DNA of 64,000 nucleotides from Strigamia acuminata (Eukaryota): NCBI GenBank assembly GCA_949358305.1, contig OX442314.1, positions 9,672,001 to 9,736,000 of the forward strand, read 5' to 3'. Shown piece by piece: positions 51,956 to 63,671 of this stretch (position 1 is its first letter; each line of letters starts with the position of its first letter). The notes under the pieces were generated by a model. It saw only the letters and a program-made list of their open reading frames with translations, ran no database searches and was not told where the DNA came from. The position numbers and the translations under genes were made by a program.

Positions 51956-52779
51956 CGGAGTCGTCGGGAATTGTAAACAAAGAAAGGATAAGTGTTTGGA
52001 ACAAGTGTGAAGTGTACTGGGATCCGTCTAGCACGACGAAGAAGCACGTGCTTTGTAGTTAAGCACGTGGCCGGATGCGGTTGTGACCCACCCAATCACG
52101 CGAGAGTTACTAGGCTTGGGCGTTGTCCTCCGCTGTAGTCGTTCTTTCGGCATGACCTCATGCTTAGTAACAGCACGGAACCCAAAGGGATATCCCTCAG
52201 ACCTTGAACTATAACCCTAACCCGATGGATCACGATGGATCCGATTATCGGCTGTTTTGGCTGGAAAATAATGGAATTTGTCGATTATCTCGAAGAGTAT
52301 CTCGAGATTAGATTATATTAAAATGTTTTTTGTTGTTTTTGGTGTTTTTTTCGTGGTTTTAAGTTGTTTTTGGGTTTTTTTTGGGATTTTTGTCCTCGAT
52401 AGTGCATTACCCTACGATTAGCATTTGTCTGCTCTCATCCAGGAAAGGGAAATCAATAATTGCTGCAACCGGATGTTTCTAGGTGAAAAAATTTAAGGTG
52501 TGTTTTAGGTTGTGGATTTTTTTTTTTTTTTTTTTTTTTTTTTGGACTTTGATTTTGGGTCGAAGTTGAAGATATTTATCAATGGAATGGTTTGAACTTT
52601 AAACCTCCGTTGAGTTGCATCACGTGGGGTTGTTTGAGAATTTTTGTTTTGTTGTTGGGGCATTGAAAAGTGAAGGGGCCCTGCAAAAGGTGTTGGCGAT
52701 GAGTTATTTTGGATCAAGGTTTTATTTTTTTTACCTGAAGAAGTCAGTTTCTTGTGAATATTAGAAATTTAATTTTGAA

Positions 52780-53520
52780 ATCAAAAATTGATTTTTTTTT
52801 GTTTGTATCCTAAAAAATTGAATTTTTACGTTTTCTCCCGTAAAATATTAAATTTTTACGTTTTCTCCAGTAAAAAATTGAATTTTTACGTTTTCTCCCG
52901 TAAAATATTGAATTTTAACATTTTCTCCCGTAAAAAATTGAATTTTTACGTTTTCTACATTAAAAATTAAATTTTTACGTTTTCTCCCATAAAAAATTGA
53001 ATTTTAACGTTTTCTCCCGTAAAAAATTGAATTTTTACGTTTTCTACATTAAAAATTAAATTTTTACGTTTTCTCCCGTAAAAAATTGAATTTTAACGTT
53101 TTCTCCCGTAAAAAATTGAACTTTTACGTTTTCTCCATAAAAAATTGAATTTTTAAGTTTTCTCCCAAAAAAATTGTATTTTTACATATTTTACTATAAA
53201 AATATTAAATTTTTTTACGTTTTTACTATGAAAATATTGAATTTTTTACGTTTTTACTATGAAAATATTGAATTTTTTACGTTTATACAATGAAAATATT
53301 GATTTTTTATGTTTTTAATATGAAAATATTGAATTTTTGTTTTTAATATGAAAATATTGAATTTTTGTTTTTAATATGAAAATATTGAATTTTTATGTTT
53401 TAAATATAAAAATATTAAATTTTTATGTTTTTAATATAAAAATATTGAATTTTTATGTTTTTACTATAAAAATATTGAATTTTCGTAAAAAATTAAATCT
53501 TTTACGTTTTCACCTTGAAA
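52780..53520. repeat. About 30-bp AT-rich tandem repeat
   Basis: AAAAATTGAATTTTTACGTTTTCTCCCGT-like units. Confidence 0.85.
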
Positions 53521-54079
53521 AAGTTGAATATTTCACATTTACACCCTAAAAAAATTGAATTTTGCACACTAAAAACCGTTACCCTAATAAAATTAATTTA
53601 AAAAAAAAAAAAAAAAAAAAAATTTGTACATTTATACCCTAAAATATTGAATTTTTATCAAGAAAACTGAATATTTACTAAAAGAACTAAATTTTTACCA
53701 TAAAAAAAACATTTTCCACACTTTTACCCTAAAAAATTGACCAAAATTCAACGCATTTTTCTCCAAAATCCAAAATATGTTCATTCAACCAATATATACG
53801 TGACCTCTATTTTTAATCGTTCAAAATTCAAAACCCCTTACAATTAAATCACCAAACACAAAATAATGCCACATACGATACACTTTGTGACGAGTAATGG
53901 CTAAATACAATAAAGAAAAAAAGAATAGAAAATTTACAACAACAAAAAAAATTAAATATCGGAACAAAACAAAAAAATAATTCATTGCATTTCATTCCAT
54001 TTTTTAAAAAAAAACAAAAATAAATAAACCAATGAAACAAAACACAACAAACCCAACATTCACACTCCCAACACAATTC

Positions 54080-55313
54080 TCAAGTCGTTTCAACCAACAA
54101 TTCATAATTCTTCTCGATATCACTGAACTCTTCATTCAATTTCCGCGCCCAATTATTAATCTTCACCTCCTAAAACAAAAAAAAACACAATAAACAACCG
54201 AAAAAACAACAAAAACACACCAAAACCAACATCTTTCTTCATCTTTCCTCTCCTTTTCGGCGGAATCTCCACATTCCGCAGCTCATTTATCCGCTTCGCT
54301 TCCAAAAACCGCCTTTCCGCCGACTTCGAAGCGTCGTACGACTTGATATTATCCTTCAAATAATACATCGGATTCTCCGCGCTGTGCTCGACAAAATCAT
54401 CCGGACATTTCCTAATCGGCGAAAACTCGACGTCTCTTCCTGGCGGCGCCTTCTTCCTTTTCGGCACCGCTTTCGGACGCCTTTTCGGCTTAATCGGCGC
54501 GAAATCGTCCGCACTATCGCTCGATGATCCCGTTTCGTCGATATTCGTCAGCCTCGATCTCGATTTTACATTTTTAATCGCGATTTTCTTCTTCAGGCTT
54601 TTATTTCGCTTCGGTATGGGCGTCGACGAACATTTTTGACTCGAAATGTCCAATTCCTCGCTCTCCTCGAGGTGGGAGTCGTTGGAATAGTAGGAATAAT
54701 CGTAGTTTTCCTTGAATCGGGGACGAATCGGCGAAATTGCGGGCGATTCGTCGAGATCTTCGCTTTCTTCGAGCCGAGAGTCGTCCGAATATTCGTGCAA
54801 TTTTAATTTCGCACGCGCACGGGTTCGTCTCGGCGATATGGAGGGCGAGGTGATTAAAATCGAAGGTATTTGGCGGGTTTTAGACGATTTTTCGCCACTC
54901 GTTGATGGTTTGTTCGTCCGATTTGATAAACGGGACGATTTTCGCCTCTCGTTTATTTGGGGTTCGTTTTCTTCGGTTATGGCTTCGAATAGGAATCCTC
55001 TGCGACATTTTCTGGTCGATCTGTTTATGTTTGATTTCGGTGATGGACTGTCTGGTTTTTGATGTTTTTGGCGAGTTTTGGACGTTTTTGGCGATTCGAC
55101 GGTACTCGGGTCGTCGATGTCGACGAATGATGGCTGGAAGTTTAGGTTTTGGGTTAGTTTTGAGTGATTAATGTGAGGGAAAATAGTTCTTACGTCATCG
55201 CTGGACATCATGAAGTCTTCATAGTGTTTTCGTGGAAAGATTAGAGTGTTTTCGCAGAGTTTTGTGAGGTTTTGACAATGGCGGGTGAAAGAGGCGCCAT
55301 TTTCACCGCGCAT
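54080..55313 (-). CDS. Sororin/Dalmatian-like protein, about 390 aa; exons 55313-54231, 54169-54080
   Basis: Spliced last exon gives EVKINNWARKLNEEFSDIEKNYELLVETT*, matching the Sororin C-terminal WA-x3-N-x2-F..LLVE motif; the body is basic and disordered with many S/T-P sites and a KEN sequence. Confidence 0.7.
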
Positions 55314-55571
55314 GTGTTCCGCTCATGTGGATTATGATTTGTTTTGGAGGATTTTATTTTTGGAAAAATGGAAAGATTTTTTCTTAGAGTTTGATTAAAT
55401 TTTGTTGGAGTAAATAAATAGCGATTTTTGATTATTTGAAGAAAAATGGAATTAAAACGAAAATAACTCCCACCAGAGCGCGCTCAAAGATGGAGTCCGT
55501 AGAATGAAAACAAACTGGAAATGTAAACAGAAATAAATTTTAGTAAAACATCTTTAATTCTACTTGTTGTT

Positions 55572-58219
55572 ATGTCGTACGAAGGTATGAATCGTTATAC
55601 AGTGCTAGGATGGATCGGTGAAGGCTCGCAAGGGATTGTTTTAAAAGGAAAAGATCTACAAGTAAAAAAATTCATCAAAAAATGAACAAAAATGGACAAA
55701 AATCGCAAAATTTGAATTGGATTTTAATTAATTTTTTCATTTTTAGAGTGGAGATATTGTTGCATTGAAGAGAATCACGTTGAAGAAGGTCACGGACGGA
55801 ATTCCTCTCAATTTGCTACGAGAAATCAAAGCGTTACAGATGATCGATTCGGATTATGTAAAAAATTTACAGAAATATTATTTTATTTCTATTAAAAATA
55901 ATTCATTTAATTCACAGATTGTTAAATTATTGGAAGTGTTTTCGTACGGCGCGGGATTCGTTCTGGTTTTCGAATACATGCAGTCGGATTTGGCCGAAGT
56001 TCTGCGCGATTACGAAGTGACTTTGAATTCGGGTCACGTGAAGAGTTATATGCAGATGTTGTTGAAGGGAATTGCGCATTGTCATTCGTTGGGCGTCATT
56101 CATCGAGTAAATTTTGTATATTTTGGTGTGAATTTAATTTTTTTCTAATGGAAAAGATTATTTTAGGATTTGAAACCGGCGAATCTTCTTATTAGTTCGA
56201 CCGGTCTGTTGAAAATCGCAGATTTTGGTTTGGCGCGGTTGTATACGAAAGATGAAATCAGACCGTATAGTCACAGAGTGGCGACGAGGTCTGTTGGGAT
56301 ATTTTTTTTAGATGTTTGGTTAATTGTGGATTTATTTTTTAGGTGGTATCGTGCACCGGAGTTGTTGTACGGTGCGAATATCTACAATGAAGGAATGGAT
56401 TTGTGGGCTGTTGGATGCATTTTTGGAGAAATGCTGAATTATTCGCCAGTTTTTCCAGTAATAAATTGTTATAAATTCAATTTTGCTAGAAATTTAATTT
56501 TCTTGCTAGAAATTTAATTTTCTTGCTAGAAATTTAATTTTCTTGCTAGAAATTTAATTTTCTTGCTAGAAATTCAATTTTCTTGTTAGAAATTCAATTT
56601 TCTTGCTAAAAATCCAATTTTCTTGCTAAAAATTCAATTTTCTTGCTAAAAATTCAATTTTCTTGCTAAAAATTCAATTTTCTTGCTAAAAATTCAATTT
56701 TCTTGCTAAAAATTCAATTTTCTTGCTAAAAATTCAATTTTCTTGCTAAAAATTCAATTTTCTTGCTAAAAATTCAATTTTCTTGCTAAAAATTTAATTT
56801 TCTTGCTAGAAATTTAATTTTCTTGCTAGAAATTTAATTTTCTTGCTAGAAATTTAATTTTCTTGCTAGAAATTTAATTTTCGTGCTAAAAATTTAAGTT
56901 TCTTGCTAAAAATTCAATTTTCTTGATAAAAATTCAATTTTCTTGCTAAAAATTCAATTTTCTTGCTAAAAATTCAATTTTCTTGCTAAAAATTCAATTT
57001 TCTTGCTAAAAATTCAATTTTCTTGCTAAAAATCCAATTTTCTTGCTAAAAATTCAATTTTCTTGCTAAAAATTCAATTTTCTTGCTAGAAATTTAATTT
57101 TCTTGCTAGAAATTTAATTTTCTTGCTAGAAATTTAATTTTCGTGCTAAAAATTTAATTTTCTTGCTAAAAATTCAATTTTCTTGATAAAAATTCAATTT
57201 TCTTGATAAAAATTCAATTTTCTTGATAAAAATTCAATTTTCTTGCTAAAAATTCAATTTTCTTGCTAAAAATCCAATTTTCTTGATAAAAATTCAATTT
57301 TCTTGCTAAAAATTCAATTTTCTTGATAAAAATTCAATTTTCTTGATAAAAATTCAATTTTCTTGATAAAAATTCAATTTTCGTGCTAAAAATTTAATTT
57401 TCTTGCTAAAAATTCAATTTTCTTGATAAAAATTCAATTTTCTTGATAAAAATTCAATTTTCTTGATAAAAATTCAATTTTCTTGCTAAAAATTCAATTT
57501 TCTTGCTAAAAATCCAATTTTCTTGCTAAAAATCCAATTTTCTTGCTAAAAATTCAATTTTCTTGCTAAAAATTCAATTTTCTTGCTAAAAATTCAATTT
57601 TCTTGCTAAAAATTCAATTTTCTTGCTAAAAATTCACTTCACTGGCTGAAAACAAACGGCAAAAACTCAAACTTTTAATATTTTCAGGGCGAGAACGACA
57701 TCAACCAACTATCAGTCGTTTTACAATTTCTCGGCACACCAACGGAAGAATCTTGGCCTGTAAATTACAAACATCCCACCCAAACTAATCGTTCCCTCAA
57801 CATCAATTTTATTCTTTTTACTCAGGGAATGTCACAACTCCCAGATTACAACAAAATAGAGTTCCCCAAACAAAAACCCGTTCCTTTCGAGGAGATTTTT
57901 CCCAACGCCTGTCCCGAAGCCATCGATCTCCTTAAAAAATTCTTAGTCTACGCGTCCAACGAACGAATTGCAGCAGAAAATGTAAAAAAAAAAATATATA
58001 TATATGAAATTTGAGAAATGCTTATTAATTTTTTAGGCGTTGGTGCATCCATATTTTTTTATAAAACCACTCGCGGCACACCCGTCGCAGCTGCCGCGAC
58101 CGGTTCGGAGACCTAGGACGACGCATCCGGGGCCGCTCGGAGACTTCGACGTTTTGAGGCCGTTGGAAAAAGATCTGGTGTCGCCAATATTGTTGGAAAG
58201 TTCGGCACGTAGAGATTGA
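55572..58219 (+). CDS. CDK20: Cyclin-dependent kinase 20 (CCRK), about 345 aa; exons 55572-55661, 55747-55857, 55918-56106, 56167-56288, 56343-56457, 57688-57759, 57826-57981, 58037-58219
   Basis: [79 protein letters not shown] and LPDYNKI; all junctions GT-AG and in frame. Confidence 0.93.
56478..57636. repeat. 20-bp minisatellite (TCTTGCTAAAAATTCAATTT)n
   Basis: About 58 units filling CDK20 intron 5. Confidence 0.97.
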
Positions 58220-58429
58220 GTAGAAAATTGATTTATTTAAAAAGATATTTTATGTGTAATGAGTAATTTTATTTTTTTTATTTTTTTAAAAGAAGTTTTG
58301 CATTGTTTCTTGATGATTTCTTTAATTTCTTCTTTATTTTCATTAAATTTGTGTGCAATCTGTGAGTAAAGGAAGAATATTACCAACAAAAGAAAGCATC
58401 GGATTGTGGTACTAATAAGTAAATTAATC

Positions 58430-59734
58430 AATTTTGAAAACAGCGCAGCCTGTTGCGGTCTCCCGCAATCAGGTAGAGCTGTGGGCCGTTGGTTCCACCA
58501 ATCGGGACCCGGAAGTGGTCGGCCCCGCAGAGGCCAAGGAGTTCTCTTCTAGTCAGCAAGGCGAACGGTCGCTTCCACGACCGCTCCTCCAAACTGACGA
58601 CGATAGCAACCCGAATGATCGGCGTGGCGACTCTTGTCGCCCACCAGGACCTGTGCGTCCGCGTAAGCCGCGTTTGTCCTCCGTTCTCCGTGAACGTTAC
58701 GGCGATGTGGCCGAACATGTTATTCCGACCACGCGTGTCGTGCGGTCTTGTTAGGGATGGCTGTAACCCAGCTATCGCATTGGGAAATATACCTGAGACA
58801 CCAATCATACCCCTAGACAACAATAAAGCTATAATAGTAACTAAACCTGTGTCTCTGTGTTGAGATTATGTGTGGATGTAGTTATTTTGCATCAGATTGG
58901 AAGAGCTCAAGTAAAAAAGGCATGTGTTGCATGTAGCAAGTAAAAGCAGGAAGTGAACTTTATTTACAGAGTATACATTCCATCATAGGGGTTCAAGTCA
59001 TAGGAGTGGCAAATAACATAAACATTGCATAACTAGCTACATTTAGTGATAGATTCGTGAACTAGATAATCTAAAACTTACAACTAACAAATTAGTTAAA
59101 TACCGGTAAGCATAAACGCCACTTGACGGTGACGCATCAAACAATACTACCAACACTCCCACTGTTTGGTGTGTTACTGGAGTCCCATTTGCGTGATGCA
59201 TCTATTATGTTTTTCACGATTAAGACTCTTGGTCAAAACATCGCCTATCATCCGGTCCGTTCCTCCCTATGAATTCGACTTCAACCATTTTGTTCTCAAT
59301 GGTCTCGCGGATGAAATGGTGTTTGATATCTATATGTTTGGTTCTTGCATGGAACACAGCGTTTTTCCCCAATTTTATCGAGCTTTGATTGTCGTGGTAA
59401 ATCTTTAGTGGCTTTGGAATTTTTGAGAGCTGCAATTCATCCACTGCAGTCTTCATCCAGATCGCTTCTTGTGCTGCCATGGTTAACGCCATGTATTCAG
59501 CTTCTGTTGTGGAGGTGGCTACAGTTGGCTGCTTCTTGCTGCTCCAACTTATCGCACCGCCATTGGACAGGAAAACATATCCTGTTGTGGATCTTCTGGT
59601 GTCGAGGCATCCAGCATGGTCTGCATCCGTAAAACCAAGCAATAATTATTTCGTTGGTAATTCTTATTGTGTGTGTTGTGTCCAGCGTCCCGTGGCCCTC
59701 CCCTGACCAAGTGGCGTCCGTCCAAACACTTACA
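58430..59734 (+). mobile_element. Probable Gypsy-like retrotransposon 3' remnant with an LTR (58762-59734) interrupted by a Copia fragment
   Basis: GC-rich ORF tail stops at 58754, purine-rich AGGGATGG follows, then TGTAA at 58762 and TTACA at 59730-59734. Confidence 0.4.
58858..59642 (-). mobile_element. Ty1/Copia remnant: RNase H, PPT and 3' LTR (59155-58858)
   Basis: [49 protein letters not shown], with a frameshift before ADVLTK; GGGAG then TGTTG..CAACA LTR containing AATAAA. Confidence 0.92.
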
Positions 59735-60168
59735 GAATGACGACATAAAAAATGATTGAAATTTTTATTCATACAAAATCATAAAATTATAGAATCTTGC
59801 ACTGTTCTAGAAGAAAAAATTTTACGGAAATTTTAAAAAAAATTTAAAAAGTTTCAAAAATCTCCTATAAACCTTGAAAATTCTGCCTCGTGTCAAATAA
59901 GCTTTTATGGCATTTTTCTTATTGCTATATTTAATATTGATCCTGGTAATCAGCTACGGTATCTATTCATTTTAATTAATTAAAATATAAAAATTTATAG
60001 TGTCTCATGAAATATATTGAATAGAATTAATTATACCCCATTCACTCGTGGCCATTAAATATATCTCTATATAAACTGTATCACAACTATCGCAGTCACA
60101 TCTAGCAAGTAAAATCTTCCACAAGCCGCCAATCACCTTGTTTCTTCTACGAGTTTCATACGTCGAAA

Positions 60169-60409
60169 ATGAAATATCTCTTCATATTTTTCCTTGTAAT
60201 TCTGTCGTGCGACATGGGTAAGTTATATTTTGAACAAAAATTATTCATTCATCACTGGGAATCTACTTGTTATATTTTGATTAGCAATAATGACGAATGA
60301 GCCGTGTAATGGAAAAGATTGCTACACAGATTGTGGTGGTCAGAAGAACACTGAGTGTAAGAAAGGCGAATGTGTTTGCAACTTAGGTTATGGTCCTGAG
60401 GATGATTGA
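60169..60409 (+). CDS. Small secreted six-cysteine peptide, 57 aa; exons 60169-60217, 60285-60409
   Basis: MKYLFIFFLVILSCDMAIMTNEPCNGKDCYTDCGGQKNTECKKGECVCNLGYGPEDD*; TATATAAA 60068-60075, Inr-like GCAGT about 60092, donor G|GTAAGT, phase-1 intron, AATAAA at 60461. Confidence 0.8.
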
Positions 60410-60799
60410 GGAAAGGGTCAAAGAGTCCATACCCCAAGACGAACTGGACACCACCGTAAAAATAAAAATTTAAACAATTTGAAAAATCAATGGAAATTAG
60501 AAATAAAATGATTAAATATGAATTTTTTTTCTTGTTTCTTGTTTTTTATTTAATAGAAAAAAATTTTACTATAAATTTTCCAAATCGATTTTTTTATTGA
60601 AGAAATAAATCCACATTATTTGTTTAATATTTATTTAATATTTATTTAAATGATGATAATGTAATATACAGTAACAATCATTACACATTAATGAAACATT
60701 ACAAAAATATTTTTAAAAAGTGAACCAACCAGTGGTGATAATGAATTTTTTTAAAAAAATACAATAATAATAAAAATTAAAAAATATGAACATTATCTT

Positions 60800-62826
60800 T
60801 TAACATAAAACATTCCAAGCTTTGGTATTCATGTAAACATGCATGCTGGTGATTCCCGGATCTCGAGTTGAATCAGCAACACAAAACGGAAGTGGATTCA
60901 TAAACGACTAAAATTTAAAAAAAAAAAATTTCAATAAACAAAATTAAAAAATAATTTTCAAAATTTTTCATCTCACATTCAAAGTGTCTTTCATTGGATG
61001 TTCGAACCGGTCCGAAAAATCGTAACGACCGATCACAATCCAACCGAAACCGGTCAATTTACCCCGATTGTAAACGGTAAAAGCCGGGAAAAAATTACTG
61101 CAATCCATGTTCGATCGTACATTATAAAAATAATGAGTTCCTAATTAAAACAAAGAGATTTTTAACATATAAAAATTAAAAATGTAATAAGATACTACAA
61201 AAACATTCTTTCAACCATTTCCAGTTCACTTGTGAACACTACTCCAATCTAAAACTCAAACCAACCACTAGTTCACAACTATACTGGAATTAGTGCGCGC
61301 AATGTTTTTGTAGTCATCATCCATTTACCGATCGTTGCGAAGCATTTTCCTTTCTTCCAACCTGTCCTTCCCAATTCTTTTTGATAAATTGGAACGGCAA
61401 CTGAATCTTTAATCGGATTTGTTCCATTTTGGAGATACAAAGCTGTTCCTGTACCCTGGGCTTCAAACTCGTCTTGTGTCCTACCGCTCCAACAAATAGT
61501 TCCCGGATCGACGAAATACGCCGTCAGAGTGTACACTTTTTCCTTGCCTATTTTATCTTCCATAAACATGGGGATATTTTCAAATGGCCCGCTGCTCTCT
61601 TCGTCGTCATCGCCCGACATTTTTTTCACTTTACTCATTGGAAACTAGGAAAAAATAAAATAAATAAATACCAAACTTGGAACTATTTTTTTTAAACAAA
61701 TTTACTGCAGTTTGTAGTCCTGCGATGTAGCCATTTTCATCAAAAACTAAAATAGTTGCGTATTCGCCAGGTTTCATGTAACGATACCCGAGATTTTGAG
61801 CTAAAACGATAAAAATTTAATCAAAACCAGCAATTTTCGTTTCTAAATATCGTATTTTATAAAATTAAGCAGAAAAACACAAAATCCTAATTTCCCGTAC
61901 AGTTGTGAATAGATCTTGATGAATTAAAATTGCTATTGCTGTTCACAACTATACTGGTAAGAGAACAACTTACAAGTACATGGTCCTGGGATCTTTTTAT
62001 AACCCTTTCTTTCGGCGGCTTCAGCTGTTCGTGGTAATTCGTTGAAGTAATCGTCTTCCCACATTCGTAGACCCCATGTGACTTCGGAAATGAAATTTAA
62101 TAAAATATACAAAAATGAAATTATAAACAAATTTCGCCCAAAGTGTCAATTTATCATTACCCACCTTTTAGAGTTTCCCATCGCGGCTCTGAAACGATAA
62201 AAACAAGAAATTCGTCAGTTAAATGAACTGAACTTGAATCAAGGTCGAATTAAAATTTTTTCAAGAGCAAGACCACGAGTACGATGACATGACCCAAATA
62301 CAAATTTCCCAGGGTAAACGGATGGCCTTTAACGTTCCTACTTCCACGTTGAATTTAGGTCAAGATCAATGTCAAAACGAGGCTTGTAGGCTAGCCCACC
62401 ATTTTTTCATCATTTTTCAAATAAAAAATACATAAAGGCTAGACAAACCATTCATTACTGAACAAAACTGCTCTAAAAATCAGGTTTTCTCATGCAAATC
62501 AAACTTTCACGACGGAAATAAACATTAAACGAAAAATTCCGTTTTTTATTTCGACGAAGAAATCCGTTTTTCATTTTGCCGCGGCATATCCCCCATCGAA
62601 GGCATTACAATGCGCGCACCATAGACTCAACGAAATATCGTAAAATCAAGACAAAAGTTTAAAGAAATATAAAATAAATGTAAAAAATATATATTTTAAG
62701 TCTAAAAACACGTTTTCGTTGTATAAATTTAAGATTAATTGAGATTTTCTCACCTGAAACTCGAAAAAGCTGAGCTAGAGCAACGTGGGACACACAGGCG
62801 AGTGCGAAAACCAGAGTCGTCCACAT
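60800..62826 (-). CDS. Uncharacterised secreted protein, about 295 aa; exons 62826-62754, 62188-62165, 62081-61974, 61800-61706, 61644-61329, 61140-60977, 60907-60800
   Basis: Signal peptide MWTTLVFALACVSHVALA; the seven exons join in frame via GT-AG; motifs FDENGYIAG, YFVDPGTIC, LYLQNG, KCFATIGTHY, FEHP and SMHVY. Confidence 0.8.
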
Positions 62827-63467
62827 CTTGGTATTGTATGGGCGCGCAGAGGGGACTCTCCGCTTTTAAATACAAGCAAAGGCCATCGACTCTACGACCT
62901 GTTTTTCAATAAGTGTGAGTGACCAGCCGCCATTTTCTTGAATTGACACAATTTTCTTGTGGTTTTTATTCCTTGAACTGGATGGACAACCAGTTCCATC
63001 CTCATTATATCATCTCCTGTGGGTTTTTTATATAAAAAAAAAAATTTATTTTGATTAAAAAAAAAATGGTTTTATGAGTTTCAGAGCAGCCATGTTGATT
63101 TTTCAATGTTGTCTCAATGTTGTATTAATGTTGCGTCCAAATATTTGCAAGTGGATGACCAAATTGTTCTGTTTTCACGATTTTTATTGTTTGGATTTTA
63201 TTCTGAAATGCTAAAAATTAAAAAGAATAAACATTTATTTGGGTTCGTTTTGTTAATTACCGGTATTCAAATTTTATTCACAATTATTCAAAATTGTCGT
63301 GTTATTTCGGAATTATGTCGGCAGGAGGCTGCTAGGCGCAGAGTGAACAATAACAAAATAGTTAAAAATTAAATTAAATCATTTTTAAAAACAATTTACC
63401 AAATTTCTAGCGTAAATCATTTCAAATAAAAAATATCACCGTAAATTTAAATTTTAAACACGCAAAA

Positions 63468-63613
63468 TGACGTAACGTCGTAAATAGCATCGGTGGAGTT
63501 CTCGTGAATTCTCCCTGGTCGGCGCTACACTCCGTGACACGTGATCGGCTTTAACCAATCAGAATCCGTATTTTTGAATTTCTTTAACGTCCGCTCTTTT
63601 TTCCTGTATAAAA
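63468..63613 (+). promoter_or_regulatory. Histone H2B promoter elements
   Basis: TGACGTAA 63468-63475, CCAAT 63555-63559, TATAAAA 63607-63613. Confidence 0.6.
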
Positions 63614-63671
63614 GGGAAGTAAAAGTAAAAATAATCAGTTTTCGTTTCAATTCTGTCCAAGTGATAAAGCC

